Shown one piece after another: positions 15,363 through 27,969 of a stretch of 43,381 nt of DNA. Every line of letters begins with the position of its first letter. Position 1 is the stretch's first letter. The notes under the pieces were generated by a model. The model was given only the letters and a program-made list of their open reading frames with translations, did no database searches and was not told the origin of the DNA. The stretch comes from Mesotaenium endlicherianum (taxonomy: Eukaryota). The stretch covers positions 537,984 to 581,364 of the forward strand of contig WELA01002449.1 in NCBI GenBank assembly GCA_009602735.1, written 5' to 3'. Both the position numbers and the translations under genes were made by a program.

Positions 15363-17742
15363 TCTGACCTGAGCACGGCATGCGGGCAGCAACGCAGAGG
15401 ATGTGCTCCATGCTAGAGTAACGCGGCTCTCTACCTGATGTACCCGAGTCAAAAAGTATCGGCTCTCCTCATCTGCCAGCTGGCCTGCGCTTCCCCCCGC
15501 TGTGCCTGCCCAGGAAGGCCCCAGGGGTGGGGTCTGCTCTTGAGTCTGCCGTTTGCCATCCGTTTTTTGCGCAGGCGTCGCCCGAGCAGATCTGGTACTT
15601 CCCAGGCTTTCATTTTTGCCCCTGATTTATTTCTTGGTGCTCCCCTGCTCTCAGTGCAGCATCTGCTTGAGGGACATGGATGGGCAGGAGGAGAAATTAG
15701 CACTCAGAAAGAATTTGATTGGATATCCCAACACAGCCGACACGTGCAAATGCGTGTGTTTAAGAATAGACGCTCCTGCGGCCGCTTTTGTCGGAAGCCC
15801 CGTGACACCCTGGCGTCTGCCCTTCCCTCGGATAGCCTGGGGCTCACAGGGAATTGAATGCCTGACCTCTGCTGCTCTCTTGGCGCCCTAGCTCAAACAG
15901 CCTCGCCGGGGACTCCTCCGACTTTTTCCCAATGAAGTGCCTCCTACAGCAAGCTCCCTCACGGGCTCCACCCGAGCTTGACTTGAGAGCTCCGCTCTCA
16001 CCCCGGCCGGCCCTACGCGCTCTCTCTTGGCTGCACTCATGTGCTTGTGCTCGCGCGCGCTCATGCTCGCATTTGCTCGTGCCCACGCTCCCTGCCGACC
16101 TGACCTTGTGGTTTCCCCCCTCTCTCTGTATGCCCCCCTTTCTTCTTCTGCTCTCGCAGGCGATCGCCACGTACTCGCTCTTCACGACCAACCCCATCCT
16201 GCAGCAGGTGGACCCCGTGACGCTCGGCCGCATGATGCGCGGAGTCATCAAGACGTGGGCGCAGGTCAAGGGCGCCATCATCAAGGGCCCCATCGTGTGG
16301 GCCGGCCGCGCTGACCTGGTATTCACCCCCCCCTACCCCCTTTCGGCTCCCCTCTCTCCCGCACCTTCCACTCGCAGCTGCCTGAGTAGACAGGCAGCCG
16401 GCTGGGCCGCATTGCGCTGCTCCTCTGCTCTGCTCTGCCCTTCCTGCCGCATTGGACGGACGCTCACGCGCAGTGGAGTGTACGTGCGCATGTGCGTGCG
16501 CCTGTGCCTGTGTTGTGCGTGCGTGCGTGCGTGCCTCACTCAGTTCTGGGACATCGAGGGCAGCCAGTGTGACCAGCCTCGTGTGCATGCGCGCGGCCCG
16601 GCCCCCCTCGTAGTCTCGCTTATCTGACAGACCGCCCGTTGTTTCTCCTCCCCTCCCCTGTTCTCCCCCTCGTTCTCCCTGTTTGGCGAGTGCAGTCGGG
16701 CACCACCTCGCAGACGACCACGTACATGAGGAGGCAGCTGGGCACCGGGTGGCCCACCAAGTTTGTCGGCCAGGGCCCCTTCAACTTCGGCCCCACCACC
16801 AAGCTCTTCGCTGGCAGCGTGGGCGTGGCCCGCAAGATCCGCGGCGACCCGTACGCCGTCGGCTTCCTCGAGGTGAGAAGCTGGAGAGGAGGAAGATGAG
16901 AGGGGGGGGGGAGCGAGAGAGGGAGGAAGGAGTGTGCGCAGGGAGGAGTGCGGGGAGGGCTGGGCCAGCAATATGTATGGGGAGGGTGGGAGGAAAGTCG
17001 GGCTGCTCCGTTGAACTGGCAGTTTGTATTTCTGGGGCCTTGCACTTCGTCTTGTTCTCGTATGTTTGTTTAAGAGCTGCCACGTGGGATGGACGGGGGA
17101 GGGAGAGGAGGGCTGCAGGGCGAGAGGTGGGGGGGGTGTTGTGATGTGAGCCTTAACTGACTACGCTCGCACTATTCAGGGTTCCTTTAATGTGTTTTGA
17201 GTCATCTTTGAGGACGCTGCTCTTGTCGTTTTGGCCCACTTTGCCGTGCCATCTCCCTCTTGCTCTCCCTCTTTTCTCGCCGCGTCGTGCGCTGACTCTG
17301 ACTCGGCGTGCCTGCGCGTGAACGAGAGCAGACGAGCTTCGGCAAGGCCAACCTGCTGGCGGAGATTGCCATCAAAAACGCCAACGGCAAGTTCATGATC
17401 TCCACGGGCGGCACCGTGTACCCCGCCGTCATCAAGACGTTCTACCCCTCGGCCTCGTTCTCGTGGTACCGCATCTCGCTCGTCAACTACAAGGCGCCCA
17501 CACAGTACCCAATCGCGAGCTTCATCTACGCCTTCACGCGCACCACGCTGGCGCCCTACGGCAGGACCGGCGGCATCGCAAAGGCGTACCTGCTCTACAC
17601 CATGTCCAAGCCCGGCCAGGCGCTCGTCAAGGCCGCGGGCATGAACCCCCTCATCACCAAGCTCGTCACGCAGAACAAGGTGGCCATCCGCAAGCTCGCG
17701 CTCGGCAAGGGCGTCAGAATGCCCTTCATCGCTCCCCTCTAG
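13641..17742 (+). CDS. Secreted PstS-like phosphate-binding protein (periplasmic binding protein type 2 fold), 345 aa
   Basis: GT-AG exons 13641-13813, 14331-14448, 16160-16318, 16696-16872, 17332-17742 give one 1038-nt ORF. Signal-peptide-like N-terminus MAGSRAAVAALLIVFSLAATAHA. PstS motifs: NSNGGI (cf. GSGGGI), GVIKTW (cf. GKIKKW), RADLSGTT (cf. RADGSGTS), AVGFLE (cf. AIGYVE), KNANGKF, YPIASFIY (cf. YPI..FT.), KPGQAL. Confidence 0.88.
15312..15360. repeat. (GA)n microsatellite
   Basis: Direct reading; borders an N-gap. Confidence 0.95.
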
Positions 17743-19326
17743 ATTGACTGACGCCTGACGGCCGACGGCGGACGGCCGACGAGCAGGTGGCCAACGGGCC
17801 GATGTCCGGCGGCCTTCCTCGTTGGGATCGTCATCCGCTGGTGCGTCGCCTGGTGGTCTGCACGCGGGCGCGTACGCTCGTCGGCTCCGTCTGAGGTTCA
17901 TGCGGAGGACAGGTGGTTGAAACGCTCGCAGGCGGCTGGCTCATCTTGTGTGTATTTATTTTATTTATTCTCGTTTCTATTTATTTCTTGGCCAGCTCCC
18001 CTTGGCAGGGACGTAGGGCACCAAAAGGGTATGGAGCTTTAGGCACTTAGTGATAAGAACCAGTTTTGCAGCGGCGCTGTAGCATAAATATTGTAGTGTA
18101 CAATTTCCATCTGCGAGATTCGGTTTATAAGAAAGTGCAAACTTTGTCGGGATCTTTTTGTGTGTTGGGAGATGTTCTTTGTGGTTAAGAGGTTGCTTTC
18201 AAGGCCCATCAGGCTTATACAGCCGACGTGTATGCGGCCCAGAATCTGCACTTCATTCCCTCGCGCTTTCCTCTCATGACGTTAGACAATATCAACTCGG
18301 CAAGCTGGCCGGGACTTCCAGCTTGCTTTCTTAAGTTGACCATCTCTCTCATCATACGTGTCAGCAGGACATGGTATTAAGTGCGAATAGGTAGAGCATT
18401 GCAGTCATGTCTTGATAGGTCCTGTTCAGTGAGAAGACATTGCAAAGGTGTATGTATAGTGGCCCCGTGTGTTCAGGCCAAAGATCTTCTCAATGAGTGT
18501 TGTTCGTACCCGGAGAAAAACTGTGTGCTGGACCTCGTTGGGAGACATGCTTTTTCCCGTAACGCATGACAATAGGGAGTTGATGTCCTGCCTTACGTTC
18601 ACCTTGCAGAAGAGATGAGGTGTTGCCCCTCGCAGTGGTTAAATGCTTCGTTACATTCACGTTGCATGATGTATCACCCGATTTAATGACAAGCTACTTC
18701 CAAAAGGCTTCTGAGTGGATAAGTAATGACAGTGCACTTTCACTACTAACATGCGTGGTGGTCATGTAGGAAGACGCTGTGATCTACATACTGAAAGTTG
18801 GAGAGCATACACAAACAAGATATGCACCTGCCTCGATCGTACAGTACTTGTGGCCACGCCTTTCAGTGAGCACGCGCAAGCAAGCAAGCAACCAAGCAGG
18901 CTGTTCACGCGTTTCAGTCATTACATGTGACTGCATGGGCAGCAGATGTGAAGCGCAATAACGGATCACTCATAAAGTGAAGTGTACAATCGTCGGAAAA
19001 GCGCATCAGTACGTATGAGCATCCATTGTGTGCGCATCTATCCAACTGAACATTTGAGAGGCTGAAGCAAGGAATAACGTGGAGTGCCATATAGCTTTTG
19101 TGAGTGGAAGGAGTTGTGTAAGGCAGGTCAACATAGCATTCTTCCCATGTCAAGACCTTCGTAAAGACTGAGTACTTCCAGGATTTTTACATATGCAATA
19201 TGTGCACATAAAAAGTATTTGCAATCTATTGATAAGAACTTCATGAGAGCGATGGCAACACCCTTTGTCTTGCATGTCGCGCACGTAAATAGCAAGGCAA
19301 GCTAGAAAAGACTCCAGAAAAAACAT

Positions 19327-19688
19327 TCAGAGCCCTCTTCGCCTAGCTTTCCGTCGGCAATCAAAACATCTCGCAGCACCTTGCGATCCTCCACGCCCCT
19401 GTCTGCTGTGCAAGGAATGATCGAGCCTTTGGTGCGCTCGAGGATTCTTCCACGCTTCTCTATCAGATGCTCGGGAGGGTGGGGAGGGTGGGGAGGGTGG
19501 GGGCTCAGCAGAGGCAGTGGCCATCTCTCCCAGACGCCTCTCAAGCGCCAGCACGTCCCTTGCCAGGGTGTGGAGTGTGGCGTAATGCGAGACAAGCTGC
19601 ACCCACACACGCAGACATTGGTGATTTTAGTGTGTGTGCGTGCGTGTGTGTGTCTGGGGGGGTGAAGGAGGACGGTTTGATGGGCTGT

Positions 19689-19769
<81 letters not shown>

Positions 19770-19770
19770 N

Positions 19771-19815
<45 letters not shown>

Positions 19816-22800
19816 AGGCAACGTTCACCAACCACAAGGAGGCCCGTCCCTTCCCCTCAACTAAAACAACCCCAAGCCCATCCCAAAGGAGCGAGCGCGC
19901 GTGTGCGAAGGTTAATGTGACTGCCGGCACCGACGCCAGCGATGGTCAACCACGCTCCACCAAAAACCCATCACTGCCACCTCTTGTTAGCGACAGCAGA
20001 GCAACGGCGGTGGTGCCGCCTCCCACCAGAATGTCGCAGCCCAGCTCTGCCGTTAACGACAGCTGTGCTGTACGTGCATGGGCAGCAACACCTGTCAAGT
20101 GCTCTCTCCTCCACCGTTGATTGCAGTGGAACCACTTGAAACAGCCGCCCATTGCGCTCCGGGAGCTCTAAAAAGAGCTCCTGGCAAAATGGACCCTGCA
20201 ATGCTCTTAAGACATACATGGTTTAGAATGAAATAGCAGCCCCAGGTCCTCCCTCCTCCTCCTCCTTCCACCTCCTGCCTCGTGTTTCCCAACCCCTCCT
20301 CCTCCCTCCTCCCTCCTCCCTCCTGCCTCCTCCTCCTCCTCCTCCTGCTGCTGCTGATCCCCCTCCTCCTGCCTCCTCCTGCTGCTGCTGTTGCTGCTGA
20401 TGCAGGGGTTCAGAAGAACTGTTGGGGAGAAACCCAAACCATTGAAGTACGAGGTTGTGATGGAGGAGATGAGAAGGAGGACGGAGAGTTGTACCCGCGT
20501 GAGCTCCTGATTGGTCGCCCGCAGCTTCGCCACCTCAGCACTTGCCACCTCAGCGCTCGCCACCTCAGCACCCTGTCAAGCACACGAGAAGGTGCAGGGG
20601 CCAGAGGGGGCCGCATGAGAAAGCTAGCAGTACTTTTTGGGAGCTTGATAAACCCAGGAGGAGGACATGCATGGCATCTGGTAGCAAGGGGTTGGATTTT
20701 ACGGTGTTTACGGGGTGTATACGGGCCAGTTTCCAGAGGTAGGGCAACAGAGGAGGAAGCATAGGCAGAATCTCTCCCCCCCCCCTGCCCCCAAAAAAGA
20801 AAGAGAAAAGAGATAGTATGCAGCACGTTTGTTTTTTTCTAGATTGAGGAGGGACAGGACAGGTAAACAGAGGCGCAGGACGACTGCTGCTCTCCAGAGT
20901 TTCACGGGTCACCAGGAGAGGGCTCAGGTTTTAGGGCTTCTTAGGGCTTTGGGCTTAAGCGCCGCTTCCCAGGGGAACCTCTTAGCCATCGACCCTGGAC
21001 CCTGGACCCTCGGGTGCTCCTCTGCGGCTGGGCTGCAAGGAGAGCAAACTTTCATTCCAATGAGAAGTTTTTTCCAATGAGAATTTTTTTATCCCAATGA
21101 GAACTGACATGATGCGATGCAGTATGTATGCATGCATGGCACGAATAAGATTTGCATCAGAGGCGTGAAGGGGGGCCTTCTTTCTGAGCGCCGCCCTCCT
21201 CTCTGCTTGCATCAGCACACAGAGCATGTTTTGGGAGAGGCTTCTGCGAGCTGCGAGTGTGGCATGGCGCGGGCAGCAGGGCCCGGATCGGCTGACCTCG
21301 TGTGTCACCGCTGGCGACGTGTCGCGCTGACTTGGCGCGCGGATGCCACGCTCGCTGGCGCCACCTGGCACTGAGCTGCCGCTGCTGCTGTCGTGTGAGG
21401 CGTAGGAGTGGGGAGGAATAGGTGGAGGAGGAGAAGGGAGAGGATAAGCAGAAGGAGAAGGATAAGAGGAAGAAGAGTAATTGAAAGGAGAGGAGGAGGA
21501 GGAGGGGGAGGAGGAGACGGCGGAGGTAGAGGAATAGGGGGGGAGGGGGGCAGCAGCAGGAGGAGGGGAAGGCGAAGGTGGGGATGAGGAGGACAGCGGC
21601 AGGGAGAAGGGGGAGGGGGAAAGGGAGGGGGAGGGGGAAGGAGAGGCGGAGGGAGGGGAGAGATTGCCGAGGAGGTGGGGAGGCAAATCGGGGAGCGTGA
21701 CGCCGGCACTCCTCAGGCGCTCCTGAGCTTGTGCCGCCAGTGCCTGCATGCGAAATTTCAGGTTGTGGGGATTACACTATGTAGGGATCACAGGATGACT
21801 TACTAGACACTAATAAAAGAATTATTAATAATCAAGTGTAAAAAAAATCAATGAGTAAATTCGTAAATAAAGGATCATCAAATTAATAATTAAATCAAAA
21901 TTAAGATGATGATTAAAATACAACATAAAATTAAAGTAATCAAAGTCACTACGTCAAAGAACACCAGACTTGCATGTCATTACAAGGGGGGCGATGGCTC
22001 CCTCCCTCAGGATATATCTTTGGCCTCCTTTCGATCTCTGAACACCGTTTCAAATTCTCCTCGATGCATCGTTGTCAATTTTGGCGCTCCTACTTTTCCC
22101 CACACACGCCTTGCAGCGTCTGCAGAGTATGGACTTTTTGAGGAGGCATCGACACAGTAGATTATCACACACACAGATGCGCATGCGCATGCACACGCAC
22201 ACATGCACGGACAGGTACACGGACGCGGACAGGCACAACCACAGGGCTTGGAGACCCACATGTACGCACATACACCCACACACGCACGCACACGCACACA
22301 CACATACCTCTGCGTGCACCTATATACGCATGTGCGAATGCATCTTCTATACAGAAGGTGTTCCTATGCCCGCAGTTGTTCAAAGGCATTTTTGAACGCC
22401 ACGTCCCAGCCTCTGGATGCGCAACAGCCGGTTCTGAAAATTTGAGCCCCCGTGTTCATCAGCTCCCCACCCTCGCATGCAGATACACATTCTCGGAGCA
22501 TGCAGACGCCACAAAAGAAGACGGGGAGAGGGGCGCCCACAGCAAGGAAGAAGGTGGAGTTGGGGGATTGGGGGGGNNNNNNNNNNNNNNNNNNNNNNNN
22601 NNNNNNNNNNNNNNNNNNNNNNNNNNNNNNNNNNNNNNNNNNNNNNNNNNNNNNNNNNNNNNNNNNNNNNNNNNNNNNNNNNNNNNNNNNNNNNNNNNNN
22701 NNNNNNNNNNNNNNNNNNNNNNNNNNNNNNNNNNNNNNNNNNNNNNNNNNNNNNNNNNNNGGGGGGGGGTCTGGTTTTGGTTTAGGGAGAGGGTGGGGAG

Positions 22801-23835
22801 GGGGTGGGGAGCGTAAAGCAGAAGGGAAGAAGAGGGCACCTGGAGAGCGGTGGAGATATCGGCAGCAACGCCAGGCTTCAGACTCAGCCCTGTGCGCCCA
22901 CGTCCGTTTTGCCCCGCACGCACGTGACAGCGTTTCATGGTACAGCACTTTTGTGCGCGTGCGCGCACACAGACCGGCACATGTGCACACACACACACAC
23001 ACGCACATGCGCGCGCACACGCGCACACACACTCTCACAGACACAGACATACACACACACACGCACACACGCACGCGCACACGCACACACGCACACATGC
23101 ACACATATGCACACGCGCACGCACACACACACACACACACACACACGCGCGCGCACACGCACACGCACACTAATGGACTTACGCAAGTACCTGCTGTCCT
23201 ACCCTCTCCCGGAGCTTCTCTTGCACTACACACAAATGCATATCCACAAACAAAAACGCGCACACATCCACACGTACTATCGGCTTGCTCACACATGCGG
23301 CTGGCCCACACATGGTGCCTGCGGCAACTGAGGTGGGAGCTGCGTGTGCAGACGCTGTTCCCCCTACACAACAGAGAAGAAATATAGCAGAGACATAATA
23401 ATGTCATCCCTTGTATGACATATGAAGAGGTAAGACATTGATGCCGTTGTTCCTTACACGACACAACCAAAGCGAAACGATGCTTGACGCTATCCCTCAT
23501 GTGTAATATGTACCATATTTGCTTCATGAAGTACCAAATGAGGTACAATATTTCGTAAAACTAAAATATACTATAATATAAGGTACATCCAGGCTGGCCG
23601 GCCATATTCGACGCCCAAAGTCTCGTATCCCTATTCCCTAAATGTACAATTGCATGCGTTCGCATACAGCCAACAACATGAAGACAACAAATAAAATAAT
23701 AGAGGCACAATATATCATACTGGGAGCGCATGAAGCCCTCTCACCTGCCCCCCACCCGTAGCCCACGCCGACGCCGCACCCGATGCCGCTCTGGACACCT
23801 GTCACCTTCACGCCCAGCTTGCTGAGCTGTCATCA

Positions 23836-23928
<93 letters not shown>

Positions 23929-26900
23929 NCTCTGGGCGGCGGAGTCAGGAGTTTACAACAGCAGGAGGTTGTTTGTTTTGTTCAGGGAGATATGTACCCA
24001 TGCATTTATTACACGATATATGTATATATACATGTACATACACACATATATATGTGTATGTATTTGTGTCCATGCATGTACATCACACTTGCATGTCTGT
24101 ATCTGAGCACACATGCAGACTTACATGATTCTCTCTATATACACAAATAATATAAATCAGATATAAATACACACATCACATCATGTGGGGCGCATGTCTC
24201 TTCCAAATATCATTCCTAAACCCTGCCCCTTTTCTTCTGCCTCCCCTCTCTGCACCATGGGCTTAATATTCAGTTTCAATTCGGCCCTTTCGCTGCTCTG
24301 CCGCGTAAAGCTCGCCGGAAGTCAGAGCGTTGTTCCCTTTTGGGGATCATTTCTGGGAGCCCCCCCCCCCCCCCACAACCCACCCCCTGTAGGCGCACGC
24401 TGCACGCATAAGGGGGCTAAGGGGTGTCGGGTTCGACTGAAAGGGAGCCCAATAGTATGGGACACAGGGAAAGTTGGGACTGGGACTTTGGAAAGTGAGA
24501 GCGTATGGGATGTTCTTGGAGGGGAGCCCCCCGTGCCCGTTTACCCTTGGACGGCCTCCGGGTTTCATTGGGGCTGCTTGGGGTGCAGAGTTCTTACGCC
24601 CTACATAGACCCTATTCAAGAGAGATACAAGTTTTGCGACATTTATTGCATTATGAGCGGGGGGGGGGGAGTGGGGGCGGTAGCAGGGTTGAGATCAGGG
24701 TTGGGGTTAGGGTTAAGGTTGGGGTCAGGATTGGGGTTAGTTGGAGTTAGGGTTCGGGTAGATCGGGGTTAGGGTTGGACATGGAGTTCGGGTTACGGTA
24801 GGGATTAGGATTGGGATTAGGGTGGGGTTAGGGTTTGGGTTGGGGTTAGGGTTTGGGTTGGGACTTGGAGAAGAGCGATGGTTGGGGACACATCAGGCCA
24901 GGAAGAGTGGGAAGGCCGCAAATTTAGGGCAAGGCTGCAGACTAAGGGGGGGGCTGCAAGTGGGAATTCGGGGTTTAAGACACGAGGGGGATTTTAATGA
25001 CTGGGCCGAACGGGGACTACACAATGCTCCTGTACGTTCCAAATGCCAATCTTTGTTCGCCAATTGAGAGCTTTCCCTTCTCTTCTTAGCGACGCGGGCT
25101 GGCCCCTCCCGTGCAGCGCCCGCGTGGCACCCGGGCCAGTGTCTTGCCGGCCAGCCAGCTGGCACGAGCGCCTGAGTCAGCTTTGCGTCCGCCAGCCAAC
25201 CGCCACACGCTTCCCCGCCAAAGACTAAGAGGAACTTTCTGCCTGCCGGTGAACCTCTGCCCCCTCAGAGCCAGGCCAAGGGTAAGGTTGCAGGGTTGGG
25301 GCTTATACTTTGGTTGGGGTTTTAGAAGCGGTGGGGGTTTGAGTGCCGCTTGTGAGAAAAGGAGAGGGAGAAGGGGAGGGGATGAATTTAGAAGCTCTTC
25401 AAACATCGTAGCACTTAGTTTTTAGGAACTGGCAGGATGGACTTGGCAGTCGAGTACGTCACTAGACCTGGGAGTTTGCACGATCACAATGGTTTGGGTT
25501 AAGGGTTTGGGGTGTCAAGGTGGTGCTCCAGCGTGGGTCAGAAGTGCCACGTGGCGCAACTCGGACTGACCGCTTTGCTGACTGGGCGTTGAACCCTGTT
25601 CAGGATGGGGACCACGCTGCCGATGACGGCTGACAGGGACTGCCCCAGCATGGGCACGCTCCCTGCACACGCCGCACGGGGTTTGAGGATTAGGGTTGGG
25701 AGGACATTTATTAGGTTTAGGGTTGAAGCAGAACCTCTAGGGCATGTACTGGGGACACAAGCTTTGGCTCTAGGGTTTCGTTTACATTCTGGGGTGTAGA
25801 ATTTTGGGTGGGGATTACTTTAGGATTGGGGCTCCTGGTGGCGTGAGGTGGCCCAAGCTGCAGCATCTTGAGAACTTGTGAGTGGTGAGGGAAGGGTTCA
25901 GGGTGTATTCTGACAGGTGTGAACGGAGTCATGGGCACAGACACACACACATATGCACATGCTGAGGCAGGGGCAGGGGCAGGGGCGCCTGGTCCCTGCG
26001 CGCCACGTGTCGCCATTCCCAAATAAAGCGCATATCGGAGGGAGAGAGGGGGTCCACGTATGTGAGGCAGCTGGTGTGGCTCACAGCGTGAATTAGGGCT
26101 CAGAGTTTTTATGGCCAGCGGTTTTTCGGATAACAGGGGCTAGCAATCGACTGCCAGGCAAATAGTTGCCTGTTGTGCTCATGCAAAAATCACGCGAAAG
26201 TTTTCATGCAGGTCGGGCTTAAACTGTACCCTGAACTCTGTAAGAGCCTTACGCTAAACCCTTAGCAAACTTAACCGAAAACCCTCAGAAAGTTTACACT
26301 AAGCCCTCAAAACGAGATCCTCCTCAAGCCCTCTCAAGTGTGAGCGCTAAATCCTCCAGTTGCCAAAGGGCGTGGTAGGGTTGCAGGGGGCTCATGTAAC
26401 CAGGCGCAGGACTAAGAGCTCAAAGAAAACTGGTCATGGCTGCCAACTTCCGCTCCCATCTGCTTGCTTGAATGAGCGCAGCTTCCTGGCATACGCCTCA
26501 AGCATGCGAGAACAGGTGGCAATAGGTGATGGCACGGCACATGCGGAAGCAGAAGGCCAGTGGGGGCCAGGAATGGTCCAGGGGTCAGTGCTTTAAATTC
26601 CTTCGTGGAGCATTATGGTGACTGCTTCCCGGGCTTGAGACTTAAGAATTCAGGTTTTTCCTTTTTAGAGTTGACATATGAGTCTAGGGTTTCGAGGCCA
26701 GGGTTCAGGGTTCAGACGAGAGATGAAGCCGAAGTATGTGAAGACGGGGAAAATGGGTCCCGCAAATCGACAGAAGATTGCCCAGACTCTTTATTGTCTC
26801 CCCATTGACTTTTACATTGTGACAAGCAATTGATCATGTGAAGAGAAAATGGCGCTAAATGACGTGATTTGATTGGACATGAATTATCAGATACATATAT

Positions 26901-27262
26901 ATATCGCTCTTGCACACGTTTCTCACAAATAAACACACCTTCATAGCTACCTATGCAGCTTCAACACAAAAAAATCATAAATCAAGTGCGTCGCTTCTAT
27001 CAGAAGCTGCTGAACCCAGAAGCCTCCCTTTCCCCTTTTCCTGGAGAAGACTCGAGGCAAAAATGGGTCTTCCTGCTAGAGAGTACACAAGCACAACTTT
27101 TTTGGAGAAAATTTTGCTTTCTCGGAGCTTACTGATATCAAGCGGACGTCCCATGCCTATCCCTACGCCACAGCCAATACCAATGCCTGTGAAAGTAGTT
27201 CCTATTCGAAGCACAAAAGGGTTTGAAAAGCCCTTAGCTCCACTAATCTGTGATTGAGACAT
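19327..27262 (-). CDS. Uncharacterised plant-type protein with two GxGxGCGVGxG motifs, a Ser/Pro-rich linker, a coiled-coil-like segment and C-terminal CFDCRRK, ~382 aa
   Basis: Phase-compatible GT-AG exons 27262-27133 ([35 protein letters not shown]), 25662-25571, 23826-23745 ([27 protein letters not shown]), 22889-22840 (GLSLKPGV), 21743-21297, 20572-20495 ([15 protein letters not shown]), 19596-19327 (..[14 protein letters not shown]). Resembles a recalled conserved land-plant unknown protein (NPF.L..G..FTG.G.GCGVGIG.GRP). The last three exons are less certain. Confidence 0.78.
19692..19813. repeat. Compound (TG)n(GA)n microsatellite
   Basis: Direct reading. Confidence 0.95.
22950..23170. 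repeat. CA/CG-rich low-complexity intronic tract
   Basis: Mixed (CA)n and CACG repeats. Similar tracts occur at 22165-22310, 37680-37795 and 38305-38525. Confidence 0.85.
24686..24865 (+). repeat. Degenerate hexamer array (GGGTTA/GGGTTG), telomere-like
   Basis: About 30 imperfect 6-nt units including several exact TTAGGG; intronic. Confidence 0.7.
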
Positions 27263-27969
27263 AATTCTGGTTGTTGCCAAAACCTCAAATAATTTTCTAA
27301 CGGGACGAAGCCAATATTCCTTCCTTATGGGATTTGAGCGAAAGGATTTCCGTCCTCAAGAAGTACTGCAGCACCCATATACAGACGTCCAGGAACTCTT
27401 TCTTCTGTGCTCATTGTGCCTAGGATGTGGATGGCGAGGGGTGGAAAGAAGGAAGTAATTGCGAAGCACAAGGTGCACACTTGGGAAGTGCAGGGCTAAG
27501 AGATAACTCTGAGAGTCGTCTGTGTGTGCACCTTGGTGCAATATGTATGGAAGAGATTTGAATATGTCGCAACTTTTTGTCTATGACAAGCAAGCTGAGG
27601 ACTTGCGAAACCGATCGGACCCCGGTATACCAAATTTTAAAAAATGGGACACGTTATGATAGTTGGACGAAAATTGTGAGGTTCGATACAACAATTTACA
27701 CAAAATATAACCATTTGAATATAAGCCCTATGTTACTATATGTAAGAGGGTTTCGACGTTGCAATAATAATTTGGTTGTATGCTTTGACCAGATGGTGAA
27801 ACGTTTCACAGCACCAGATTGTAAATGGCGAAATGTTTTACCCACCACTGTTCCGGAAGTACATCGATATGCAGTCAGATGTCACTCTTTACCTGCATTC
27901 CTTGTTTCTGTTATATAGCTCATTATTGCTCTAAGAAGGGACTAAAGGCCATGCAAACGCTGAGCTGAA

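Noticed and set aside
17176..17901. 241-aa antisense ORF over the last PstS exon (and similar shadows over MSI1, GT61 and DUF3598 exons)
   Set aside because: Expected by-product of high GC at third codon positions; no recognisable motifs.
23837..23928. 92-nt poly-C run (poly-Pro ORF 23783-24106; poly-G just before an acceptor on the - strand)
   Set aside because: Pure homopolymer ending at an N. Most likely a sequencing or gap-fill artefact in length, and it is intronic.
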